From NCBI GenBank assembly GCA_964016885.1, contig CAXHJY010000462.1, forward strand, positions 62,001 to 126,000: a stretch of 64,000 bases of DNA, given 5' to 3'. Shown here piece by piece: positions 52,345 to 64,000 of the stretch (position 1 is the first letter of the stretch; the number at the start of each line of letters is the position of its first letter). The position numbers were made by a program, and so were the translations under genes. Under the pieces are notes generated by a model, which was not told where the DNA came from, did no database searches, and saw only the letters and a program-made list of their open reading frames with translations. Source of the DNA: Eledone cirrhosa (Eukaryota).

Positions 52345-54626
52345 TTATATGCATTTAAAAAAAGAAAAAGTCGTTTTCAAACGATGGTTACAGTATAGAG
52401 AACGTTCAATTTTGCTGTTCAAAAGTTTGTTTACCGACGTTAAAATGCAGTATATCTCTAAATTGCATAACTTGCAGAATCGATGATTTTGCTGATATGC
52501 AGGCGCAGCTGCAATAATTTGCCAATCAAGGGAGAACGCTTGATTGTTCTTCCGAAGCTGCCAGGCTTTATCGGCGAGGGTTGTTACGGAGCGCATTTTC
52601 TCGTGCCTGATCGAAGATCGATGTTGGTATAGGCGAGCCTTGAAAGAAGTTGCGGTACATCCGACGTAATACCATTTGTTGGTCCCGGAATTTATTGTAC
52701 ACCGGTAGACAATATTGCGTGCTAGGCACTGGTTATTCAGTGGGCACGTACCTGGTTTGGTGCAGTTACAACTATTTTTATGTTTTGCAGTAGAATCCTG
52801 GATAGTTTGGTGGGGTTGTGGTTGCGTGTTAGTGCGTTGCATGTTGCTATGCTGGTGCGCTGAGTCATTAGGGATGTACTTATTCAGTATTGCTGAGTTG
52901 AGTTTTCTAATTAGTTGTTCTATGTTAGGTGCAGTGGAGTATGAGAGTCTAATGGTGCGCGAGTTAAAGATTTTATAGTATTTATGTGAAGTTGTAAAGT
53001 GTTTATTGATTAGTGTATAGAATTGTGAGATAATCTTAGTGCTAATAGAAGAATTGTACACGGGGTTATACCATATGTACTCTCTACGTCTGACTCTATT
53101 TGCTGGTTTGCACCTGTTAGTATGCCTATTGATGTGTGTTTGTGGTGCAATACTAGTTCGACTTAGATATGTTTTATTCCTAGTACTTATGTGGTTATCG
53201 TCTAGATATTCAATTTTCTCGCAGTAACCAGCTTTTCTAAGTGCGTCATTATAACATTCAGCATGCTCGTTGAAGGTCTGCAAATTAGACGACAGTCGGG
53301 AGATCCTTATGGATATATTTTTAGGGATAGATTTAATAATGGAATGAGGATGGTTCGATTTTACATTAACGTACTTAGGATTTTCATTAAGTTTGTGAAA
53401 TGGCTCTATATTACCGTTATTAAGGTTGAAGGTAACATCCAAGAAGTTGACCACCTTAAGATTGTGTTCAAAGGTAATATTAAGCCCTAGTTCTAAAAAA
53501 AGTTTCCTAATGTTTTTACGTCGCCTTTCTAGGTTTTGTTTGTTCATATTCTTGACTAATAGAAGTGTATCGTCGCGGTATATTCCGCCGTGGAGGTCCA
53601 TAAATTCGCTCTGGAGTCAATGAGCTATATAGATCCCAACCAAATCCGTGACCTCCGCCGAATCATTAGAACCCATCGTAATGTCGAATTCCGAGGGTCT
53701 ATCCCTGCGGACCCAATAACTATTTTCAAAGTGCACTACTGTGCGTCTAGCTTCAAGTATAATATTAATTTCCTCGTTTGTGAGGTCCGAGTTAGTCTTA
53801 GCGAAAGAGAGGGCCTTATGCAGGGTTTCGGGTGAAATAGAGGAATAGTATTCATCTATATCGAATTGAATAAAAGAAGATTTGTTTTTGTCCCTAATGT
53901 TATTGACCATCTTATTGCTTGATGAGTATTACCCCATAATTTAATATCTACCTTAGCCTTAACTTGGGGGATAATACGATCTAATATGTACTTACTAATC
54001 TTACCTATATCGGACTTTGAAGGACATATTAATCTAATTTTAGGGTTAGTATCGAAGTTATCCTTATGGTCCTTCAGATTAAAAGTCGGTGTAGCTGGGG
54101 ATAGGGGTACCGTTCTGTCGTCAATTTTCAGTTTCCTAACAATATCACATGCTGCGTTATTAATGTTGGTTAGTGTAGTTGCGTTTGTTTTTTTGTATTT
54201 CCTATGTAATTCCTTACGTATCAAATTGTTATATGTTTCTACATCCAGGGTGTATAGATTCGAAGTTTTGTCTGCCTTTATGATAATTCCTTTGGTATTC
54301 CTTAGGTTGTTGAGTAGAGTTTTAATATCTCGTTGCAGTTCGTTTTTCCTTCCGTTTGCAAATTTGATTCCGGTTATCATTTTCATTAAGTCCTGTTCGA
54401 AAGAATCCAAAAGAGGGTTAGAGGGTAGGTTTTTGTAGGATTTGAAACCAAACTTCTCGTTGTTGGTGTCCGAAGTTTGTGTAATCCTTTTCCGATCGAA
54501 GTGGAAGGCCTTCCATCTAATCCGCCGAATAAATTCGTTGGTCCGTTGTATCATACCAAGAATGTAATCCTTTTTACCCTGAATGGGTATGTTTTTTAAG
54601 GACATACCACAATGATGTTTTTCCAT
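52345..54626 (-). pseudogene. PLE RT plus GIY-YIG ORF (about 760 aa reconstructed), one frameshift near 53907, one in-frame TGA at 53619-53617
   Basis: KADKT, LKDHK, IRLICP, FDIDEYY, TMGSNDSAEV, IYRDD, NFLDVTF, CNCTKPGTCPL, YVGCT, CKLC, CNH. Confidence 0.92.
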
Positions 54627-54833
54627 TTCAAAGACGCGGGTTGATAGGTTGCTCGACTGTAAAGGAGTGTGAAGAATTAGATAATTTGTATTCCAATGTT
54701 ACTAAGTAGTTGCATTGGATGGAGTCAACTGACGTCAGAGATTGCTCAACGTATAATAAAGTGTGTTTTAAAATCCGGAGAAAATATGGAGAAAAAATTT
54801 ACGAAATGGAAATGCGGGTATATAGAATTTATT

Positions 54834-54947
54834 AGGTAACAATTGTTTCTATAGTGTATGAGTTACCTATACCTCGCTATTTGAATAATACACAAATATC
54901 TAAAACCGAAAGTACACTGTAAGCCAACACACCATGTCATCAGACCT
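54834..54947 (-). ncRNA. Type I HHR with very long stem-loop II (second copy at 51819-51933)
   Basis: aggt-CTGATGA-c-atggtgtgt-(about 67 nt)-atacactat-a-GAAA-caattg-TT-acct followed by AATAAA. Palindromic stem III, GUU triplet. Confidence 0.8.
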
Positions 54948-56006
54948 TTGTATTAGAATGATATGAAAATATTTTATACACTAGATAAAAGATAAAGAAG
55001 GAGGTAGGAAGAGAAGGGGAAGAGGGAAGTGAGTAAGGTGGAGGGAGTCTTAGGGTTTAAGACTGTCAGACTAGTAGAGATTGTGAAGAGAGAATGTTTT
55101 GGCAGCAGTTAGCTTAATGAGGCTTGCTAAGGTTGGCTGGGAAGTAGATACATCTAGTGGTGTTGTTCGGACAAAATTTAGTTAGAGGGGTCAAAGTGGT
55201 ACAATGTCACAGACAAGTTATTAGGGCTATTATAGTAGCAGGTTATTTCTAAAGGGGTCCAGAAAAACAGTGTTTAGTACTATTATTATAGAAAGCCATA
55301 TCTAGTGTATAAACATATAAGACAGAAAATTGCAAACGTTGGTGTAAAAAGGTAACATTATATGCATTTAAAAAAAGAAAAAGTCGTTTTCAAACGATGG
55401 TTACAGTATAGAGAACGTTCAATTTTGCTGTTCAAAAGTTTGTTTACCGACGTTAAAATGCAGTATATCTCTAAATTGCATAACTTGCAGAATCGATGAT
55501 TTTGCTGATATGCAGGCGCAGCTGCAATAATTTGCCAATCAAGGGAGAACGCTTGATTGTTCTTCCGAAGCTGCCAGGCTTTATCGGCGAGGGTTGTTAC
55601 GGAGCGCATTTTCTCGTGCCTGATCGAAGATCGATGTTGGTATATATATATATATATATATATATACATTATCGGAGAAAGCTTTTAGCGATACTCCGAC
55701 CAAATTCCAACTTACTCAACAAACATTAGGAAATAAGTGAGTATATTGCTAATTAAACGTTCGGGGTGTATATATATATATGTGTATATATATATTGCAA
55801 GAGATTTCAACATGAATGGACCTGTTATTTTTATCTAAAGACATTTTTTCCAATTCCATCCCACCCGTCCCCTCAATCTATTTTATTTGTCATTCATGAC
55901 TAGCGTCCGAAACGTTAAACCCTCTTCCTGCTATATCAAGCGTTAACCTAATATATACTTTCCATATACTGTACCGATTTTGTTGTTATTTCTGTTTCCC
56001 TTTTAA

Positions 56007-56154
<148 letters not shown>

Positions 56155-56170
56155 TATATATAAATAAATA

Positions 56171-56238
<68 letters not shown>

Positions 56239-56349
56239 AAGGATAAAAAGGACGATTGATTATTCCTTCATTGCATTTATTGATAGATGACGCGCGTTTT
56301 GCCACTGATAAGCTCAAGGTTCGATCTATATCGACCCTACCCGACTCAA

Positions 56350-57191
56350 AATGCTATAAGAAAATGAAATACATGCTATGTGGTAAAGTCAGAGATTCAA
56401 GAGTTTGACAAAATGAGTTGTTTTGATTGGTGAGAAGGATCAAGGCGATGTACTGGCCTGTAGTGTATATGGGGGGGGGGGTGATGGTGAGATGTTGGTG
56501 ACGGTCGGTGGATGAGGTGGACTGTGGTGTGGTGGTGGTTGGTTGGCCTTGACGTGTAGAGTATGTGGGGTGGTTGGTTGGCCTTGACGTGTAGAGTATG
56601 TGGGGTGGATGTAATGATATGGTGGTGGTTATGGTTGCTTAGTGGGATGCGCTGTGGTATGAGGTTAGTGGATTGTCAGTAGACGGGTTGGCGTGTGTGT
56701 GGGTGTGTGGTATTGGTAACGTTGTCCATGGTAGCGGCGTTTGTGGTGGTGTGGTGGATGTATTGGTGGCGTCAAGGTCATTACCTAGATACATTGCTAG
56801 ACACTCTTCTTCTGACAGATGCTTTGTATATACGTATACTCACACACATATATGTATATATGTGCACACATATTGTTGTATAAACACACCCACTACAAAA
56901 CACATACGCACATCCCTGCCCACACATATCGGCATACGCTCACACACAGCCATATGTATATGTACACACATGTATGTGCGTGCGCGCATGCGGGCACGAA
57001 TATTGAGAGTGGGGGAGTATCGGTGGGGGTGGCGAACGACAGAGATAGGGGGAAGGTGAGAGGCGATGTAGGAGGTGTTTTACATATATACATACACATA
57101 CATATACCCATACATACATATGGGTATGGGCACATGGACTCACACTCACGTATACAAAATATACACATACACGCTGACACACACGTATACT

Positions 57192-57253
<62 letters not shown>

Positions 57254-58756
57254 TGTACAGACAACACACAGATATACACGCACATATACACATACCTGCA
57301 CATACATGAGCTCAGCTACACATACAGTCAGATTCACCCATATACATATATGTAGACGTACACATATACACACATAGATACACGTACATATAGACACACA
57401 CACATACACTTACGCATACACATACACATATATATACAGATATATATATACACACACATGCACACATGTATACACATGTGTTCACATACACACATACATA
57501 TAACTATGCGTACACGCAGGCACACTTATACGTCCGTATGTGTAAAAATACTTACACACAGACACACACACTATATATACAGGATCGAATACCGGTTAAA
57601 AGGTGACATGGGGACGCGGGGGAGAAACGTTTATGGACGTACGGCGATGTGTGTTTTGGACATTGTGATGGTGGTGTTGCTGGGGTGATATGTTCGACAA
57701 GATGATTACATGATCAGAGGTTACGGTGTGTTATAGGGTAAGGCAGACGGGGGGTGGGGGGTATATAATACAGTCGATCTGGGAGCGAGGGGTGATGTGT
57801 GTTGATGATGTTAATGATAATGATTGTTGAAGTATTTGGATGTATCTAGTGGTGGCGGTGGTTGTGTGTGCGTGCGACAGTACAATTACAGGGTCGAATT
57901 TAGCGTGGGGTTGTAGGTTAGGGTAGACAGAGGTAACATGGGGGGGGGGTTGTAGGTGTGTATGGTAGACATATGACGATGTGTGGGGTGGTGGTGGTGA
58001 TGGTGGCGATGGTGTGATATGATCGACATTGTATTTACAAGGTCCCTTGTCATTCTGGATTGCAAGGTAGAACGTATCATAGGAGACCGATTTAATACGA
58101 TGTTGCAACTATGAGGCGTATATGTTGATGTGAATGTTGGTGGTGATGATGGTGATGTGTGCGGCATGATACACAAATGCGAGCTTAGAAATGGTTACAT
58201 GGAGTACAATACAATAAGTTCATTGAGGTGGGCGATTTTGAGACGGGGTATAGGTGGTTATTAATATGGTGTGTCATGATTAGTGTGATTTTTGGTGTGG
58301 GTTATGTATGCGGCATGATATACAAAATACGGGCTTACATATGGTTAAATGCAATACAATAAAATAATAAAAAGTAAAGTAAGATTAAAATTCAAATTCG
58401 TTGAGATGGGCGATGGTGATACGGGGCAGATGTGGTTCTTATTATAGTGGGTCATGGTTAGTGCGTGGCCCTCCCGCGAATGTGTGTGCAGAAAAGATAT
58501 TCATCCTAGTGTGTCTGCAATTGACAATTATGTCCGACCTATAGGATTATGGCGGAATTTAATTAAATTATTTCCGCCGCCTCAGCCAGGCATAATCTGC
58601 AGTGGTTTCTATCACTGGGGATATATGCCACGCGTCTTTTTACTGACCACGAAATCTGGGGTTCAATATTCCTCTCCTTGATGTCCCAGATCAAGTCGGC
58701 CAGTTTTGTTTGGGGTCGTTTCAATCTATGTTTGAAGGAGCTTCTGTAGTTACACC

Positions 58757-58759
<3 letters not shown>
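56350..58759 (-). mobile_element. PLE 3' remnant: GIY-YIG C-terminus (about 58540-58755) plus long low-complexity 3' region
   Basis: Manual translation YRSSFKHRLKRPQTKLADLIWDIK..ISWSV..HCRLCLAE matches the C-termini of the 13.7 kb and 52 kb ORFs. The left boundary is uncertain. Confidence 0.65.
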
Positions 58760-58842
<83 letters not shown>

Positions 58843-58896
58843 GTGAGGTTTTTTTACAAAATGAAAAATAACCGAGGTGTCCTACACGAGTGAAAG

Positions 58897-59086
58897 TATA
58901 AAGAAAAAGAGATGAAATCGAAAATGCAACTGGAGTCTTATTTTTTTTTTAAAAACCACAGACGCTCCATCTCAACTCACCTTTTGAAAAGCAGACGAAC
59001 TGCGAAACCGGTAAAGGAACCAAATAAATATATATATTTTTTTTTTAAATAAGACTCCAGTTGCATTTTCGTTTTCAACTCTTTTT

Positions 59087-59093
<7 letters not shown>
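58897..59093 (+). mobile_element. Mini-element of about 195 bp: inverted arms of about 47 bp enclosing an HHR and AATAAA
   Basis: aaagaaaaagagatgaaatcgaaaatgcaactggagtcttattt pairs with aaataagactccagttgcattttcgttttcaactctttttcttt. Confidence 0.85.
58980..59017 (+). ncRNA. Minimal type I HHR with U3:A8 covariant core
   Basis: cctt-TTGAAAA-gcag-acgaa-ctgc-GAAA-ccgg-TA-aagg. Stems I and II pair perfectly, stem III is the loopless palindrome ACCGGT, GUA triplet. Confidence 0.85.
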
Positions 59094-59135
<42 letters not shown>

Positions 59136-59254
59136 TATATGTTTACTCCAAATATTTGTTGAGTGCTTTATATCAGTTATAAAAATATTTGCTTGTTGTA
59201 TCCCAACAATTTAAATAGAACTTTTGCATATATATACATTTATATATCTATATC

Positions 59255-59540
<286 letters not shown>

Positions 59541-60372
59541 TATCATATATAATTACATTATTGGCAACATGACCCTCCCAAAGCATAACAATATATATAT
59601 ATATATATACATATATATGCTGTATCCCTCTAACAAATTCCATTCACATGTTATTGGTCGACCTGAGGCTGTTTAACTTTTACATACATATATATACATA
59701 TATAATGTGTGTGTGTGTGTGTTTGTAGGTGTGTTTATGTGTGCATGTGTAAATATATGGGGAATGTATACAAAGGTCACATCCTATGGTATGTTGTTGG
59801 ATTCGATTAGATTATATTGACATTATACATTTTGCAACATGTTAGCTACATAATGTTAACATCGTTGAAGTATGTATATAGTTCTTTATTTATTTATATA
59901 CAGGAAAACCAAGAGGTGCCGAATTGTGTGAGTAAATGATTGATAACTTCGCTCACAAATTATCATTCTTCCCTAAATTGACATGCATCAAACCTAAAAT
60001 AGATTACAATCGCATGGCACGACATCATCGTTGTCTGATGGACAAAAAAGTAGTAACTTAGCATTTTCATTTGTCATAGTTATGCCAGCTAAATTCTTTC
60101 TCTGATTGATCGCGCTCTAAGCCACTTGTAAAACAGACTATAATCATAATAGTTATGCTACATATTACACAGAATAATCACCGTAATAAAAATGATAATC
60201 GCTCGTCAACGGCTCGTAACAAGATTTTCTTGAAAGGGAAGGGAATATTAGAAAAACACGTAATAAAGAAAGAAAAACATAATCGCTTAACGCGATTGCA
60301 CATATTCTTCTCTCTCTCCCTCTCTCTCCTGCTCACTCACCCTCTCTCTCCATATATATTTATGCATATATG

Positions 60373-60442
<70 letters not shown>

Positions 60443-60710
60443 CAAAAGGGATATTCAATTTGTTGGTAATTCAACAAATATAAATGTTTTTAAGTGATTC
60501 ATAGCACTCGACAGTTTTCTGGAGTATAATATTCAATGATATTAAAGAAAAACTTGAACCATTAAGGTATCTTTTCTTGGTTATGTCAATATTTATGAAA
60601 CAAACTTTTGTATTATATCTGATCAGAGCGTACCAAAGTGTTGGTACCCTTGAAATATATATAATAGAATAAATAAGGTTTTAGATATATAGTTTCCATT
60701 TATTTAATAT

Positions 60711-60811
<101 letters not shown>

Positions 60812-60912
60812 TGTATGTGTGTGTGTATATGTATATATACACACACACATACACACATATATATATATGTATATATGTATATATATATATACACACACAC
60901 ATACACACGCAC

Positions 60913-60998
<86 letters not shown>

Positions 60999-61951
60999 CT
61001 AGCAGCAGTACCCAGCGTTGCCTGGGTAGGTAAAATAATATCTGCTTTGATGAAAAGGTGTTAATCTTAGAGACTGCGAGTTTCTTGAAAATCGGTCGTA
61101 AGGTGTAGCAAATGGCGAAATATTAAGTGAAATCGTATGGAATATGTGCGAGGTGGAAAAATTCGTAATATGAAGAGATAAACAGCTGCCACGCCGTCCC
61201 TGAGCAAAAAAATTCAAAGTGTAAAGCTACCATAAGATGTGCAATGATAGGTTCTATCGTAGTATAAAAGTTGAACCAAATAAATTGATTTATGTGTGAG
61301 GTGGAGCCGAAGTTTCGAATTTGAACGAAATCGGTTGAAAAATGTGGGAGCTAGAGCCGAAAAGGCGGAAATTTGAGCGAAAAGGTGTATTTTCGAATAT
61401 GTAAGCGGCTGCCACGCCGTTCCTGAAGAAAAAAACTCGAAAATGTAAAGCCACTTTAACACGTGAAATAAGCAGATCGAGCGAAGTGTAAGATTTGAAC
61501 AAAGTAGGTTGATTAATGTGGAAGGTAGAGCCGAAAAAGTGGAAATTTGAGTCTAAAAGTGGTAGTTTTTAATATTTAAGCGGCTGCCACGCCATCCCTG
61601 AACACAAAATACAAAATCTAAAGCTATTACAGGATGTGCAATCATCAATTCTATTTTGCTTTAAAATTTGAACGAAATCGGTGGCAAAATGTGGGAGCTA
61701 GAATCAAGAGTCTTATTTTTCTATACCTAAAAAAGTGACCCCCCCCCCTCCCTCGTATCGATTTTTATCTGCAGAATGACCCTGGAATAAAAAAAAACGA
61801 TACGCCGATATATAGAAAACACGCCCCGATGACTAATCTATGAGCCTGTAAAGTTTAATCAAAATCAGTCGTAGGATGTAGGCCCCTATAGGTAATACGC
61901 AGACACACGCACACACGCACACACACATACATAATTTTATATATATACAGA
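60999..61951 (-). mobile_element. Complete non-autonomous Helitron with internal repeats of about 180-200 bp
   Basis: Minus strand starts a|TCtgtatatatataaaa and ends cccaggcaacgctggg-tactgctg-CTAG|t. Internal repeated gctgccacgcc.tccctga and aatgtgggagctaga blocks. Inserted at an A|T site in (TA)n. Confidence 0.8.
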
Positions 61952-62579
61952 TATATAAGATAAGAATAAAGGAATAAAGAATTAGTGTTGCATCATAACA
62001 TATTTAATAACATATTACATATGTTTCACTGTCGATCAGCTCAAGGAATGATCTATTATTGATTGAACCTGACTCTGGAATCGTAAGATCCTCACATATG
62101 CTTCAGTAAGTCAGCTGGTCTCTGATTTTGTACGAATATCTCCAGTACCTTGTTATATTTAGCACATTCTAACAATGTGTTATTCTGCGGTCTCCGCTCA
62201 TTCGTTCGTTATCCCTCCTAATATATATATAAATATATATATATATATGTGTGTGTGATTGTGTGTGTGTGCGTGTGTGTGTGTGTGTGTTGGTGTGTGT
62301 GCATACACACATATGTATATATATTTGAATATATGTATATGTGTATATATTTTATATATATAATTATGTGTGTGTATGTATGTATATATATATGTGTGTA
62401 TGAGAGGGTGACGTCGTAAGGGGGTGTATAGAAACAATAACCTCATAACAAAAACAAAGTCGTAATCGGGGTTGTAATCGTAATCTATCTGTCTGGGTTT
62501 GGCTCTTTTATCGACATAACAACCACCCCTGGAGAGATCCAAAGAACGCTAACTACGTACCATAATAACAATTCACTAG

Positions 62580-62740
62580 CTTGATTATGTCACCAACACT
62601 GGAATCCACGAGAAAGCCAAGATCACCAATACCGTGCCTAATCTTTTGAAGGCTCAGCTGCGCTGGTCAAGGCATAGTTCCACAATGCCAGACGATCGCC
62701 TGCCAACGATCATACACAACGATGGATTGTCTTCTGGCTG
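62580..62740 (+). pseudogene. Short RTE RT-tail remnant
   Basis: LKAQLRWSRHSSTMPDDRLP. Confidence 0.6.
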
Positions 62741-62750
62741 TCGTAATAAT

Positions 62751-62933
62751 TGTTTCTACATTTGGCACAAGGCCAGCAATTGCCCAGTGCATTACTGGTA
62801 CTTTATTTTATCGACACCGTAAGGATGAAAGGAAAAGTTAACGTCGGCGTGATTTGAACTCAGAATGGCAAGGGCCGTAACTCTATACGTCAAAGCATGG
62901 CGTCCGACCCTCTACCGATACTGCCAATCCACC
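62751..62933 (-). mobile_element. Full-length tRNA-derived SINE with 11-bp TSD
   Basis: TSD gtcgtaataat at 62740-62750 and 62934-62944. A and B boxes present. Confidence 0.9.
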
Positions 62934-63460
62934 GTCGTAATAATGTTGCACCCAGGAAACCGTACACTACACATCCCGAAAATACCCCCAAAAATAGTTC
63001 ATATCCCCCACAAACCAGTGGACCACCCAGCCCATTGAGCGCATTGCTTGGCGCCATATCCTCCGGCATGTTACAAGCGTATTTGTAGCAAACAATCGTT
63101 CCAGCTCGGAGGAGAAATGCAGAAATGTTGTCAAACTTGAGCCCAAAACAATACTGACATTTCTCTCCAGTCAATGTTGTCTGATTGATTATACGAATCA
63201 CCAGCATGCCTACAAACAAAGTGAACAGAACTGACCCGACCTTCTATGACATCATTGTTATGGAAGTCATCGCTAACAATATATCCAATTGCTATTGATG
63301 GACGAGAGGATGAGTCCACACACACCCACACGCGCACATATATATATATATATCAAAGGTATATGTCAAAGGTATATTTTGAGTTAGGAACTCAAAATAG
63401 TCTCTTACAACAAAATAGCTCTAAGAAAGAGATATTTCCGAGGCGTATATTATAATAGAA

Positions 63461-63704
63461 TATAAAAGGAAAACGAAGACAGACATATATACATATATGT
63501 GTTCAAATCGTAAGCGACCAGATTCGCTAAGGTGAAAAGAATACTAACTAAAGACAATTGGGTTTTCCGGTTTGTATTTATTTTCTTGATTTTTTCTTAA
63601 ATTGAGACAAGCAAACCCAATTGTCTATAGTTAGTATTCTTTTCACCTTAGCGAATCTGTTCCCTTACCATTTGAACATATATGTATATATTTGTGTTCG
63701 TTTT

Positions 63705-63713
<9 letters not shown>
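63461..63713. mobile_element. Fold-back mini-element, imperfect arms about 105 bp
   Basis: cagattcgctaaggtgaaaagaatactaactaaagacaattgggttt pairs with aaacccaattgtctatagttagtattcttttcaccttagcgaatctg. Abuts (TA)n. Confidence 0.8.
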
Positions 63714-63779
<66 letters not shown>

Positions 63780-63901
63780 ATATTTAGAAATGGAAACTAT
63801 ATTTTTAAAACCATATTTATTTCATTATAATATTTCAAGGACACCAAAGCAAATTATGGTGCGCTTTCATCAGATAAAATATAATATAGATCAGTTTTAT
63901 A

Positions 63902-63987
<86 letters not shown>

Positions 63988-64000
63988 AACGAGGAAGTTT

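Noticed and set aside
53617-53619. In-frame TGA in the PLE RT as possible selenocysteine
   Set aside because: It is a single TGA at a non-Cys position (Glu in the 13.5 kb paralogue), the copy also has a frameshift, and I saw no SECIS. A point mutation such as CGA to TGA is simpler.

Overview
This is AT-rich eukaryotic DNA packed with microsatellites ((TA)n, (CA)n, (TACA)n, (AG)n, (AAG)n/(AAC)n). I found no recognisable host protein-coding gene. The tRNA-derived SINE family and the repeat landscape suggest a cephalopod (octopod) genome, which is inference. The window is largely transposable-element derived: RTE and L1/Tx1-type LINE relics, about 10 SINEs, a decayed Tc1/mariner transposase, Helitron pieces and many Penelope-like elements (PLEs). 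One PLE is near full length (51775-55640, minus) and one is 5'-truncated with an inversion (13314-17189). The main signal, found by hand on both strands, is about 17 hammerhead-ribozyme (HHR) motifs, intact or partly decayed, plus further HHR-like remnants, mostly in units inserted into (TA)n. They include two non-coding tandem arrays with one HHR per monomer (516 bp and 594 bp units, retrozyme-like) and U3:A8 core covariants in three separate elements. There is also a nested anti-ribozyme segment, a set of short inverted-repeat mini-elements with a central HHR, and a five-copy family with an HHR-like fold but a non-canonical 10-nt core. All folds and alignments were done by eye, no software or database search was run, and element boundaries are approximate. 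Most short ORFs in the supplied track are microsatellite read-throughs.
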